Below are positions 16,159-33,678 of a DNA stretch of 64,000 nucleotides, piece by piece. The position numbers and the translations under genes were made by a program. The stretch lies in NCBI RefSeq assembly GCF_009914755.1, contig NC_060930.1; one strand, written 5' to 3'. Numbering within the stretch: the stretch's first letter is position 1; every line of letters begins with the position of its first letter. The notes under the pieces are model-generated. The model searched no databases. It saw only the letters and a list, made by a program, of their open reading frames with translations, and was not told the DNA's origin. Source of the DNA: the human T2T-CHM13v2.0 reference genome, Homo sapiens.

Positions 16159-16644
16159 TGTCACGAGCGTCCATGTGAAGAGACCACCAGGCAAGCTTTA
16201 CGTGAACAGTAAAGCTTTTTTATTTCACCTGGGTGCAGGCGGACTGAGTCCGAAGAGTCAGCAAAGGGTGATGGGATTATCATTAGTTCTTATAGGTTTG
16301 TGATAGGCGGTGGAGTTGGGAGCAGTTTTTTTGTGGGCAGGGGGAGGATCTTACAAAGTACCTTCTCAAGGGTGGAGCGGGTGTATCGTACAAAGTACAT
16401 TCACAAGGACGGGGGAATATCATAAAGTACATAAGCGCAAGGGCTGGGAGGGGGTGTATTGTCACAAAGTCAATTGATCAGTCAGGGTGGGGCAGGAACA
16501 AATCACAATGGTGGAATGGCATCAGTTAAGGCAGGAACTGGCTATTTTCACTTTTGTGAATCTTCAGTTGCTTCAGGCCATCTGGATGTATATGTGCAGG
16601 TCACAGGGGATATGACGGCTTAACTTGGGCTCAGAGGCCTGACA
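16159..16644 (-). mobile_element. HERV-H solo LTR (LTR7 family, LTR7B/C-like)
   Basis: Minus strand begins TGTCAGGCCTCTGAGCCCAAG and ends GGTGGTCTCTTCACATGGACGCTCGTGACA; GTACTTTGT-type U3 repeats; exact 5-bp TSD GTGCA at 16154-16158 and 16645-16649. Confidence 0.95.
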
Positions 16645-16776
16645 GTGCACACGGATGTCCTGGCTGACATTCTCAAGAGCATCAACAATGCCGAAAAGAG
16701 GCAAACGCTAGGTGCTTTTTAAGCTGTGCTCCAAGGTCATTGCCCGTTTCTCACTGTGATGATGCAGCACGGATTA

Positions 16777-17399
<623 letters not shown>

Positions 17400-17486
17400 T
17401 GAAAACACACAGCAGGGAAAATCCTGGAATTCTTTTTCTAGGGATGTAATACATATTTACAAAAAAAAAAAAAAAAGATTTTTCTC

Positions 17487-18150
17487 TCTCCTTGGTTTTA
17501 AGAAATTTAATTATGATGGGACTGGTGTGGTTTTCTTTGTGTGTCTTTTGGTTGTGTTTTATTGACTTTCATATCTGTAGATTTACAGTTTTTATCAAAT
17601 TTGGAAAAAATTCAAGTCAGTTTTTTTCTTCAGATATTTATCCTGTCTCCTCTTTTTTTTTTTTTTTAAACAGCAGCTCTAACTAAATATATATATTAGA
17701 CCTACCCTGAAGTCTCTTTCTCTTTGTGTTTTATTTTTCCTTTGTGGGCTGTGTCTTCAATTTCAGGCTTATTCGTTTTCATTTAAAAATTACCATTAAA
17801 TCTATCCAGTGAAAAAGTGAAAATGTATTTTTTACATGCATCATTAAAGTTTATAGCTTTAGAAGTTCAATTTGGGTTATTTGATTTGGTTTCCATATCT
17901 CTACCTTAAGATGCACATTTTTTCTATATTTTTTGAACATGTGGAATATAGTTACACTAATTTAATATTGTTGACTTTCAGTTCCATTGTCTTTGTTGTT
18001 CTGTGTACATTTCAATTGACTGATTTTTCTCTTCATTTGGGGTCTTTTGTTTTTGTTTGCTTCTTTGCTTTCTGGTAATTTTTATTGTGTGCCAGACATT
18101 GTGAATTTTACCTTGTTGATGACTGGGTATCTTTCTTTTTATTCCTATAA
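17487..18150 (-). mobile_element. Old L1M fragment (continuation after the pseudogene)
   Basis: T-rich antisense L1 text, e.g. AGAAATTTAATTATGATG, TTTTTATCAAATTTGGAAAAAATTCA, GCCAGACATTGTGAATTTTACCTTGTT; may extend to about 18780. Confidence 0.75.
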
Positions 18151-19880
18151 ACATCCTTGAACTTTAGTCTGGGACCCAGGCATATTACTTGGAAACAGCT
18201 TGATCCTTTTGGGTCTTACTTTAAGCTTTGGGAGGTGGGACAGGGTAAGCAGGGTCTGCACTGATTCTGCCCACTTTTCGGGCAGATTCCTCCCAAGGGC
18301 TCTGCGTGGTTTTCCCTCTCTGGCGGGTGGGAGCAGGAACTCTTCTGTGTGAGCCCTGAGGATTCTTCTTCTAATCCTTTTGGGTGCTTCTTTCCCCATC
18401 CTCACGTGGTTTCTTCACACACACAGGCTGAACGTGACTCTGCCGAGTATGGGAGGGAAGACTGCCAATACCAGGAGCGTTCTTGTTGGGTGGCTTTCCC
18501 TGTCTCTTACGCTTCCCTGAAAACACCATCCTCTTATTGACCTCTGATTCCCAGCTCCATTTCCAGACTCTGCCTGGTTTCTGCTCCCAGCACCTTGGCC
18601 TGGAAATGTGTTCCAGGCAGTTTGCTGGGGCAGTCAGAGGGTTCACCTGGTTTGTTTCCCATCTCTCAGGGACCAAGATCCTTGTTGATGGTCAGTGTTT
18701 TGAAAATGATTGCACCACAGATCTTGTCCAGATTTTTATTTCTATTTTTTAAGGGGGAAATAAATGCAGTCCCTGTGACAGGAATGAATATTAGGAGAAT
18801 AGAATCTAACAAAAGGGAAACAGGATTTTGATTTCTTCATAGCTGTTATGGACAGAATTTGTGTATCTTCCTTGAGTTTTGTTGAATAAACATATGGAAG
18901 TCCCTTTATACAGTGTAGAATCCATCTCATCACCATGAAAACCTTTGTTCTTGTGTGATATAAATTATTAGAGACTGTTTTGTGTCGTTATACAGAAGTT
19001 ATTTTTAGTATGTTGTTTTGTTAGGTGGGTCTTTACTTAAAATCTCATTTAGTTTCATGGTAGAGTATCTTTGTTAGTATGATTCAAAAGAGAATATAAT
19101 TTGGGGTTTTATTAGTGTAAAAAGAATTACCATAAACTTTACTTTCCAGTAGACTATATTTAAATGTGATATATTACTTTTTCTAGCCACATACTCTTTT
19201 AGCCTTCAATATAGCAGAATCAAAGTATGTTATTCCATTTGTTCCAAATTTCTCTCCATTTTCTATCCAGATGGCTGCTGACTCAAATGTATATGATAAT
19301 ACATTTACATTTTTTCAGTTAAGGCTGATAAATCCATTTTAATGCTATTGAATTGCTTAATGAATAAAAGATTTAAATGTGTCGTCAGTGCTTATGTTTC
19401 TGTAAAGTGAAGTATCCTGAAAGCGCTAGTAGTGCTGATAAAGTTTCCAGATTGTGATTTAAGAACTTTTCTGTTTTGCAGTTCTGTTATTACTGTTTCT
19501 ATACTTACCAGGTGACAGAGTCATTTGAAAGTTCTCAGTTGACAAGGATCTCAACCTTGCAAAGAATATATATATTGTGCATGTAATACAGTACAAATCT
19601 AAAGTAACTGCTGAGATGCCTAGGTGGAAACTTACCTTTCTAGGTCAGGTTCCAGTGAATCTTGTTTTCCTTATTCAGAATATGGTGTTAGGTGAACTGA
19701 CTCAGCTTTAAACTCTTCATATCCTGCCATGGGGAGAAATTACCTGCCCCAGTGATGAGTTTGGGAGGACAGGACAATGCTGTTTATATTCCTTGCTGCT
19801 GTGGGAGTATTGGAAATTACTACTTGATCTACCTGAATTTGAGCTTGGCAGTGGTCCAGGGACATTAGTGATTTGCATGA

Positions 19881-20207
<327 letters not shown>

Positions 20208-20219
20208 TGTTCCTTCCTT

Positions 20220-20358
20220 TTTTAAAATTATTTTTATTTTTTGAGACAGGGTCTCACTCTTTTACCCAGGCTGGAGTGCAGTGGCGTGATCATAGCTTGG
20301 CTATGGCTCGGCTTCCCAAAGTGTTAAGATTACAGGCATGAGCCACCACACCCAGCCT
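20220..20358 (-). mobile_element. Internally deleted Alu (J-like)
   Basis: Alu 3' end joined directly to the Alu 5' end (…CATAGCTTGGCTATGGCTCGGCTTCCCAAAGTG…). Confidence 0.8.
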
Positions 20359-20552
20359 GGTCCTTCCATTTAAACATTGATTGTAATGTGGCCTTTCCTT
20401 TTTTGCCACCTAAGTTAAAAGACTTTAAGGAAAGTATATGTAAAAATTTAGCATTTGCCATTAAACATTCATTAAAATTTTTTGTAATGCTTAGATCCGT
20501 AGTCATAGTGTCATTGTAATTTGCTAAGTATATGTGGAAAAGAATCATTGAA

Positions 20553-21152
<600 letters not shown>

Positions 21153-23295
21153 TCAGATTTCAGCCTGAGGCAGTGAAGAGCCCTTGACATACAGAAGAAT
21201 ACACAGATACTGGTTTATATTTTTAGGGAAAATCTTTTATTATTTTAGGGAGAGTCACAGAAATTAAGTCATTTTCACTTGTTGGAAGAAACAATTTCAT
21301 GATAAATCTAGTTAGTGTTTATTTTGTTGTTTACATTGTAGCATAAACATCTGTGTAATCATGGCAGGTAAGTGAAGCCACTGTTTTTGTTGGTTTAACT
21401 CATGACTTAGCAAAAACTGGAAAGGTATTTCATTTCTTGAGACTTGTAGCCACTGTCCTCCCTTGTCTACTTCTGAGGGTGAGCAGTGCTGGTGTGACTG
21501 TTAGAAAGCACTGACTTAGTCTCTTCCTCTAAGATTGCTCCAGGTCCACATGACCTGTGGGCAGGATGGATGATTGATGTCTTTCTTTTGAGGGGTGGTA
21601 GTGAAGTAGAGCATAGGGGATTATTAACCACCTAGGTAGCTGGATCAGGCAATGGAGAGTCTCTGCCGTTCTTCACATCGAGTATATAGAATTAAGCATT
21701 CAGAAACAAAAAGGAGTTAAGGCACATATATCCTTTTCTCCTAGGATAAACTGTAACCCAGGTCATCTAAGTTTTCAAAAATAGACAAAATTTAGGAATG
21801 TATGATGAATTTATAGATGATGAAAATCAAATGAAATTGTCTTGTTACATGTATATTTCTTTAGAAATGTACATATACATGCAATCATTGCTATATATTA
21901 TCTTTTAAATTCCTCAGTTTGGCATCATTTACTGGCTTCCTATTAGATGAGGATTGTAGCTTGCTGTACACTGTGTCTTTCCCACTCTTCAATGTCCTAC
22001 CCATCTAATCCCATCAGGTTTTGGTTAAGACTGCATTACTGTTTATGTTATTATGTCTTCTTAACTCTTGTTCACTAAGCTAAATATTGCATTATACTAT
22101 ACTTATACTGTAATACTATAATAACTTAGTTTTGCTTGGAGTTCATTACCTCGTTTTTTTTTCACATGCTTTTCTTTGAACATCTGACTGGGCCTTCCTG
22201 TGCCCTCCAACAACTGGGCAGTGCAGTCTTCATGCGGTCATACCTGCCAGAGAAGTTTTTCAGCTCCAGTATTTTTTCTTAAGAGACATCCCTTCTGGAT
22301 ATCCATAGTCTTCACCACAATTTGGAGTGGTTGTTAACGCAGGAGATAGATGTGTACAGCCATCTCCTGGGATGTCTCTTTTTTTTTTTTTGTGACTCTT
22401 CTGTTTGCCTCATGTGTGGATCTCCCGTTTCCTAGATCACTTACCATTTTGACTGCGCACATCTTTCAGTAGCTTCTTGAGAAAATGTGAATGGGAGGTA
22501 AATTTTTTAGACCTTGCATGTTTCAAAACACCTTTACTATATACCCTCATATTTAAATTGATTGACTACATATAGCAATCCTGCATGGAAATAATTTTCT
22601 CTAAGAATTAAAAGATAAAAGCTTCTGACTTCTGCTATTACTGCTTTCTGATGTTTCCTGTTGCTGTGGAGAAATTAGATGCCATTGTGACGTTGCCCTT
22701 TCTTTCTCTGTGATCCTGGAAACTGTTAGGGTTTTCGCCTGTGATGCCCGAAATAGTGCTGTGTGTCTCTATGGGTCTTTTTTTTTTTTTTTTGTACTTC
22801 ATTGTGCTGGGCACTAAGTATGTACTGTTCTTCATTTTGGGGCAATTATCTTATATAGTTATTTGGTAATTTCTTTCTCTCCCTTAATCTGCTTTCTTAT
22901 TCTGGTGCTCCTGGGTGTTGGATATACTGGATTTATTGATCTTTTCTTTCCTTCACTGATTTTTCTTTTCTGTTACTGTTTTCTGCCTGGGAGATAACCT
23001 TGACTCTATCTGCCAATCTGACTGTTAAATTATCTTGTTTTTCTCTTTATATTTTTTAATTCAAAGTGTTTTTCTTTATACATAGTTCCTTTTTTAATAG
23101 CATTCTTTATTTCCTGTATGCAATCACTTTTCCTCTCTCAAGCAGCATGTTATTATTTTTTACAATGTTTCTTCTATTCCTTGCATTATCTGTTTCTTCT
23201 GAATTACCCTTTTTACTTTTTACAATCTGTTTTAGGCAGGAGGCTTCCTCAAAAGTGTGAGAATCTTTGTTCCTATTTAAGAGTGAGGTGCATTA

Positions 23296-23904
<609 letters not shown>

Positions 23905-25017
23905 TTATTTTCTCCAGAGAAGACACTGGTCGTGTTCTGCTTGGAGGACATGGTGGGTGAAGTCTAAGCCTGGTTGCTGACATTACGGGGCTGGGCTGAG
24001 GGGCTTAGGGTCTCAGTGTTCGGTACTTGCTGTTAATGTACTGTGTGGCCATTTCACAAACCACCTCATCCGTGTGAGCCCTACTCGTTTCTGGTTTGGT
24101 GTCTACAATGGAAGAGGGATGATGGTGGTCAGATGGTCTGGCTTTACAAACTCTTGATTTAAATCTGGTTTTGGTCTGGTGGTCTCCAGTTCTTGAGCTG
24201 TTCAGGTTATACCAGCTGTGTTAATTTGTTCCTTCTAGTTACCCGATTTCCTGCACCCCTCAGCCAGTTAGGATTGACCTTGCTTTTCTCATTCCTGTGT
24301 TTGCTTTCCATCTACATATATTGTTAGCACTATTGTTTCCGTTTACAAATCACTTCAAAACTTCATTTTATTAAAACAATCATTTTTTTTACCTCTCCCC
24401 ATTTCTTGGGATCAGGAAGTTGGGAAGGGTGGGGTTCTGGCTGGGTTTCTTGCACCTGGTTGTGGACAGGCAGTGGCTGGAGTTCGGAGGGGATTCGTTG
24501 AGCGTCTCCAGGAGGTATCAGGACAAACCTTGGAGATGGGAAACAGCACAGCAAGGCATGCTCCCACAGCAGTCCGGTGCAGCTCCAGAATGAGGGAGCC
24601 ATGGCAGGGGCATTAGTTTAATAATCATTGGAACTAATTCTCTTTCCAGCTTCTCCTTGGACCTCTTCACATTTCTACCTAGATGTCTCATCAGAATGGA
24701 ATTTTCAGATCCTTCCTTCTGCCCCACAGTGCTCTTTGCCATGCTCTTTTAAGGTACCAGAATACTGGGAAAAAAAGGGCGTTCTGGATAAGTGAAAATG
24801 TCCTAGGACCTGCTTGGTGTTTACTGACTTACTAGGAAGTTGATAGTGAAATGTGAAGGGTTCATGACAGTGACTTGGTGTTACTAGAAAGCAAAAGTAA
24901 AGTGAGGAACACAGGAATCTACAAGTGCTGGGTGTGGGGTAGTGGGTGGGGTGCAGTTGTGGGTGAAACTTCAGTGTGAAATTTGGAATCAGAACATTTA
25001 GCTGAGTCTAAATGGAG

Positions 25018-25345
25018 TTTCTTTCTTTTCTTTCCTTTCATTTCCTTTTCCTTTTTTAGAGAGGGTCTCGCTCTTTTGCCCAGGCTGGAATGCAGTGGTG
25101 CAGTCATGGCACACTGCAGCCTCAACCTCCCTGGGCTCAGGTGATCCTCCCACCTCAGCCTCATGAGTAGTTGGGACTACGGGCATGCATGCACCACCAC
25201 ATCTGGCTAATTGTTTTGTATTTTTTGTTGAGACGGGGTTTTGCCCTGTTGCCCAAGCTGGTCTTGAACTCCTGGACTCAAGCAATCCACTCATGTCAGC
25301 CTCCCAAAGTATTGGGATTACAAGTGAGAGCCACTGCACCTGGCC
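25018..25345 (-). mobile_element. AluJ SINE
   Basis: CACTGCAGCCTCAACCTCCCTGGGCTCAGGTGATCCTCCC and CTCCTGGACTCAAGCAATCC (J-type). Confidence 0.93.
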
Positions 25346-26834
25346 AGTACTTTATTTTCATACAGAGACTGAGAGTAAGACTTCATTTCCAAATAAAAGT
25401 AGGTTATTAAATATTGCTTTATATATTTTTAAAGTTCTTACAGAAAGAAAGCTTCCATATACTCTAGACCATTTTGAGATTCTTTCAGGCTGTGACTCTT
25501 AAGGTCAGCTACATTTTTATTGACAGCAATCCTGGAAGAAAAGTAAAGAGAAGTGAGAATATAATGTTGTGATTCTGTTAAAATCACTCAAAATGCTTGA
25601 AATTGATAATACTTTTTGGCATGTTTCTTTCTAAAATCAATGTGATAATATCCGCTGCATTGATAAACATAGTTAGCAAGCATTTTTGTACTTAGCGTTT
25701 GTGTATAAAATGTAAAGGAAGGTTTTTTAATTCAGAGAAGGTGCTCATGTTTGAAAGACAATATATGGATCTGGAAGAAGTAAAAGTAAATCTTTAAACT
25801 CTAATTGCAAGGCTGTCTGCTCATATTTAATTGACACACGTTTAAACATTGGTTGTAATGGATTGTTTGCCATTTAACTGACATTAACGACCTCAGTTAA
25901 CTCATGTTTTTATATTACATTGGCTGTTTATTTTTTGTTAATTTCCCTTTAGTGTTCAGCTTCCCATACATTAAAAGTTTTGCTTTTTATAAACAACTAC
26001 TGTGTCTTGAATCTCTTTTTATTATTAAAACTTTCACACATGTATTGGGTTTAATTGCATATACTTTTTGTAGCCTGAAAATGTGAACCATATGATAATA
26101 AAACTTAAACGTCTGCACATTGCTACAAAACACAGCTCTGTAAGGGAACACATATCTAAATATCATCATCCTGTCCAAGTCACTCTCAGAGATGTGACTG
26201 TGCCCTGCCTGGCTCATCTCGGATCAGGACAACGCCTGCTTCTGGGTTTGTTGGATGGGAATTAAAAGCAAAGCTGAAGCAGAACCTTTACTGCTTTATT
26301 TCGAGATGTAATGTCCTGTTGCACCGAGTAATTTTCAGTAAAAGTATTCCTGCCTCCTGCGATTTTTCTGTCAGTTTTTGTTAATTTCTGGCAAAATTCC
26401 TTTACTTGGAAGGCTTTTTGTCTTTGATCTGTGAGGATTCACAGAGGAAGGGAAAGCGATCTAGGGAGGATCTCTAGCTCTTCCTTTTGGAGTTACCTAA
26501 TTTTCATTTTTATCACTTACCTGTCCTCAGGTGTCAAGGCCTCAGGACTGGTTTTGTTAGTCACTCTGACCTTCCTCTCAGCCCCTTCACTTGTTAAGTA
26601 GATAACACCTGTATGGGAAGGTATTGGATTTTTAATTATTAGAGGGACACATCCTCTTTCTTGAACAGGCTTGTAGCTAATTGTTATTAAATACAAAATT
26701 TCATTTCAGTTTTAATTTCTGTTTAATAAAAAGCTTTTTAAGTCTCCAAAGTTTGTCTAATTATTTTTAAGCTTATTCAAAGCCTGAACCCCCTGCACGG
26801 TAAAATCATCAGCATAAGAGACAGCAGGGGCTGG

Positions 26835-27035
26835 TAGTTAGGCCCTTGCGTTTGAATCTGGCTCTGCCACTCGGTCAGCTTGTTTCATTTCTTGTGCTTC
26901 AGTTTCCTTACCTACAAAATGGGACAACAGAACTTATGTCTTCGGTGAAGATTAGCACGTGATGTGCTTAGAGCATTGCCCGGCTCATAGTAATTACTCA
27001 GTAAATGCTTGCTGTTACTGTTGCTATGACTATTA
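26835..27035 (+). mobile_element. MIR SINE
   Basis: TTTGAATCTGGCTCTGCCACT...CTTCAGTTTCCTTACCTACAAAATGGG...GCTTAGAGCATTGCCCGGCTCATAGTAATTACTCAGTAAATG. Confidence 0.85.
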
Positions 27036-27248
27036 TTATTAAAGAGCTTTCGATACTTCTACACAGACTACAGTATAGTTATCTGGACCTAATTTTTTTT
27101 TAAGGCCAATGCTACCATTTTAAAAGGAAACTCAGCTGTCAGCATAATGGTAGTAAAGTGGTAGCAAAATGATAGTAAAGTGATTAAACAGGATTAAAAC
27201 ACAAACTGGCTGTTCATTATATGTACTTTGTATTAATAAAACAACATA

Positions 27249-27565
<317 letters not shown>

Positions 27566-27678
27566 CTAAAAGCAAAATATAAGATGGGGTCACCTGTTTT
27601 TCTTCCATTCTAGAGAGATAATTACAGCTAATATTTCTGTTTCCTTTTTCTAGTCAGTTTTCTAGATACCAGTGCTAG

Positions 27679-27973
<295 letters not shown>

Positions 27974-29899
27974 CAGTGCTAGTTTTGTGCCTGTATTTTC
28001 TGCTTTTTTCATTTGACATCACTTGAATTTCCTTAGCTTGTGGAATCTTTTGTTTTGTTTTGCAAACTTAATATATTCTCATACTTGATAGTTATAGTAA
28101 TACATAAGCTTTAGTCATTGACAGGCCCCATTAGCCCTTGTTTATGTTATTTACCCTTCAGAGTATCTTGCTCGAATCTAGAATCGTGGCCTGTTGAGAC
28201 TTTATTCCTTTGAGTTGAATAGTACCTTTCTGTACTTTCTGTAATATGTTTTTGAATATACATATGAAATACAATGCAAGTAATTAATCTATAGCAGATA
28301 ATAAGTGTGTGCATGATGGTGATGTTGGGGATAATGCAATATCGTGGAAATGGTCAATATCTTAGTCTTTCTTTCATTCTATATGCTTACTGTTTGTACA
28401 TATAGGCAAAACACTCTAAAAAAATCTGATCTATTGGAATTCAGATTTGTCACAACTAGTTTTAGGGTGAAGGTAGAGGGATTATTGTTCAAGGATTTAG
28501 CTGGAGACGCACTTAGTAGTTACAAACCGGGAGCTTGAAGGGTGAGAAGGGAGTTTAAGGGGATAGGATAAAAAACAGACCAGTAATATGCTAAATAATG
28601 TAAACTTTTGGGCCAGTGACTTAATTTACATATGCCCAATTTGTGTGGTGTTTCAAAGGAACACTTCTGTTTTAAGTGAGGTGACTCACATTTTGTACTG
28701 TCTTCATTCATGCATGTGTGGTGCCTGCAGCCTGCCACTGTTTTTTGTGCTTATCTCAGGGGATTCGCTGCAAACCATGGTGAGGGGGAGGGGAGGAACG
28801 GCTAGTGCATCCATGGAGTCCTTCTCTGGCTTCTCCTGGCCACTCCTTCCATAGTTTAAATGGGGGCAGCACATCCTCTTGCCTCTACTAGGAAGTGAAA
28901 AGTCTTACTAGCAAGGAGTTAAGGACTGCCAGAGGAGCTTTCTTACCTGCCAGCTCTGGACATCTCATTTCCTGTTTGTCTGAATGCATGTGCAAGCTTA
29001 GGAACTTGCCCACTGCAGCATCCAACACAGCTGGTTTGCCTGTGTTTCAGGAGAGTGGGGAAGTGCGCTTCAATCACTTCCGACACACTTCAGCATGTTG
29101 AGCCATCTGATAGGGAGGGACATTGGTGCGTTTTACTGCCTTCTTCCTATGCACCTGGAGCTTTTGTTATCTCAACTGACCAGTTCCTTACCTGTAACCT
29201 GGATTAGGGAATGGCAGCCAGTATTCATGACAGTTGCATATGTGCGTTCTTACAATCAGAGAAATGTGCCATAAAAATAATTTCTCATTTTTTGCCTCTG
29301 TGTATTCTGCTCCTGTAGCTTGGACCCATGGCCACATTAAGGCCATGTTGTCACAGGGATCTACCATACTCTATTGACTTTTCTTGTGTTCTGCCATCCT
29401 GCTCTTACAACACAGAGAGCTGAGAGTGTTGTGATCTCCTACTCCCATTCTTTGAGCTCCCTTTTGGATTTAACTTCTTGGCCATGTTTATCATATTTTA
29501 TTCGTATTACTCCTGATTATTTCACTCCCTGGTTGCTTTGCGAAACCCCTCTAAGTCAGGTCAGCCACACTATGTCTCTACTCCCACGTCTTCCATGAAA
29601 CACTGCTGGGACAAAATTTCACAACTTTGGCTGTTGGCATTTTTGCTACAAAGGATCGTCTTATGTCCTGGTGGTCAAGGTGAAGTAGGATTATATCTTT
29701 TTGCGGTTATGAAGATTCCAAGCAAAAGAGAAGATAATGATGCATTTAACAGTCACAAGATAATACATGTTAATCTTCAAAAAGTTTTGGGAATTCGTCA
29801 TAGCTGTACTATACAAAGCCAGTGTATAAATTGAAATTCTAAAGTTTTACTCAAAGGTAGATAGTCATTAAGTAAGGACCCTGGGGGTGATACATATTT

Positions 29900-30040
29900 G
29901 GCCTTTAATCCCAATTGGGCCACCCCATAGTTGTGTGACTGTGGCCAAATTACTTAACATCTCTAAGCCTCACTTTCCCCATCTGTAAAATGGAGATGAT
30001 AATCTACCCCACAGGCTAGTCTGAGGAGTCAGTGAGATTC
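29900..30040 (+). mobile_element. MIR SINE
   Basis: TGTGTGACTGTGGCCAAATTACTTAACATCTCTAAGCCTCACTTTCCCCATCTGTAAAATGGAGATGATAAT. Confidence 0.88.
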
Positions 30041-30517
30041 CCCTTGACTTCAGTATTGAAATTAGCAATGTTTGCTGATTTATTAAGTGTACATCCAATA
30101 AATGCCTTGTCAAGAGTGCTGATGGCGGGGATAGTTGAGGTGATGGTGGGAGTGGCAGTAGCAGTGGTAGATGTATGTTACCTCCCGGGTGATGGGAGTC
30201 TTCTGTATTGCTGCCATGTGGGAGAATGATAGGAAATAGTGATCTCATATTTAATCAGAGGCATCTAAGCTTATGGTTGATACCTTTGATATAATTCTTG
30301 CCAATTAATTTGATTTTCAACCTTTACAATGAATAATGTAAAATTTCTTATACAGAAAGTATTTAATTCAGTGAATACTTAGGAGCACATGTTCTCTTAC
30401 CGGACTTACTATTTGGGGAGCAAAAATATGAATAGGAAGTGGTGTTTGTCCTTAGAGAACTTGAGATCCAGTGAGTTGTAGAGTCAATGGACTGGTTACA
30501 GAACAGATTTCCTTAAC

Positions 30518-31134
<617 letters not shown>

Positions 31135-31269
31135 TTTTCCTGACATAGGAACCTTTTAACTCTTGGTTTTATTTTATATTTTTGCTCTATTGCATTTACT
31201 AACAAATTAAGTATCATAAATGGCTTTTCATGGTGAATCATATTTCACAGCCAAGATGATTAATAATTA

Positions 31270-31890
<621 letters not shown>

Positions 31891-33388
31891 TAGGATTGTC
31901 TATGTTATTGTACCAAATCAGAATTAGAGAAATGTTGAGGGGAAAAGTTCATACTTATATCTTTCTTACACTCTTCTTGAACTTCAGTAAATTAAAGGAT
32001 ATTTTCCTGAATACATTATTAAGGTACTGATTTTTAATTTATTTTAATTAGGAATAATTGGAACTTAGTATGTTTTCATACACATAGTAATAAATTATTC
32101 TAAACGTCCTGAGTTTTTTCCCAAACATTTCAGTATTTCAAAAGTTCTATTGAAATGAGATGCATTATCTATAAACTGCCCTTTATTTTGTACCTTAATT
32201 TGCTTCTCCAGGACATGTTTGTTCAAGTGTATATTTAAAAATTTTTAATCTTGAAAATTAGCCAAAGATATTTAACAAATTTGTAATCCTAATTTAATAA
32301 CAAAGAAAACATTTTTGAAAAGTCAATAAAGTTTACAGAGATCTCTTGTCATGAACTCTTGTTATGTCTAAGTAACCTTAGACATAGGCATTATTTTACA
32401 GTTTACTTTTCTTTCCAGTAGAAATATTTTATGGAGAGTGTGTAATGTGTATGCTATGTATGTCATGTATAATAACTGTACAGGGTAGTATGTCAATGCA
32501 GATTGCACTAAGCTAACATTTTAGCTCTTGGGTTTCTGTATTTCCTGCTGTGAAATATTAACTAGTTGTAGATACAGACATGAGTGTGCTTGTGTGTGTG
32601 TTGTAGTCCTTCATCTGGGAAAGCTATTGGGTATCATTGCAGTTCGGTTGCTCCCTTCTAAGTTTCTGAGGTTCATGGGGAAAAAAATAACATGTAACTG
32701 TTATATGTTAATATCTCGTCATCTCCCAAGTAAAATATAAAAAGCCAATTACTTTTGAGTTATTATCACAGCCTCTGAATTTAGAAGATGGTTAATTTGT
32801 TTTTAGTGGTTCCACAGCTTTGTTCTAAGATATGTGTTTTCAGTGTTCGTGAGCATCTTCGTGAGTTTTCTGTTTGTTTTCCTTATCAGAAAAGGCACCC
32901 CGGGAATGGAGGGGACAGACGGCTAGCACCAGGGCCGTAGGTTTTGGAGCGGGAGGTATTCAGAACGGCCTCCCATCTGTGGGGCCTGGGCACTGATAAA
33001 ACTTGCAGTGGCTGTCTGGCTTCTCCAGAGCAGCCGTGGCCTGTTTCTGCGCAGAGGTCACTGGGCCTTGGAAGACTGCCCTGGCTATGGAGCGGTCCCA
33101 GTGGGTTGCAGGCACTGTGCGGTGGGCAACATAAGGGTCAGCACCAGGCACAGCATTGGAGGGAGCCGCCGGCTGCAGACTGGATTGCCTAGCACCTCTC
33201 TGTCACTCTGCAGTTAGCCAAGTTTATGTTTTGGATTTAAAGAAAGAAATCAACTGTGATTTAAAAAAATAGTATTCAGTGAATTAAAAGACCTTGTAAA
33301 TCAGTCTAAAATTCAGATGCCTTCTGTAGGGAGCTGAATGTTTATCAATGAGCCATTTTAGGCCATAATTGTATATATATGCTTTCGC

Positions 33389-33678
33389 TTTTTTTTTTTT
33401 TTTTAAGATGGAGTCTCTCTCTGTGGCCAGGCTGGAGTACAGTGGCATGATCTCGGCTCACTGCAAACTCCGCCTCCCGGTTCAAGCGATTCTCCTGCCT
33501 CAGCCTCCTGAGTAGCTGGGATTACAGGCAACCGCCATCATGCCTGGCTAATTTTTGTATTTTTAGTAGAGATGGGGTTTCACCATGTTGGCCAGGTTGG
33601 TCTTGAACTCCTGACCTCAGGTGATCCACCAGCCTCAGCCTCCCAAAGTGCTGGGTGGCGTGAGCCACTGCGCCTGGC
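33389..33678 (-). mobile_element. AluSx-like SINE
   Basis: Full reverse Alu with a small deletion near its 5' end. Confidence 0.95.

Noticed and set aside
15889-16194. 101-aa minus-strand ORF with an L1 ORF1p-like motif
   Set aside because: Chance chimera of LTR end, pseudogene UTR and decayed L1 ORF1; used only as evidence for the L1 fragment
32363-32386. Perfect hairpin TATGTCTAAG-TAAC-CTTAGACATA
   Set aside because: 10-bp AT-rich arms are plausible by chance in 64 kb; too short for a pre-miRNA and no other support
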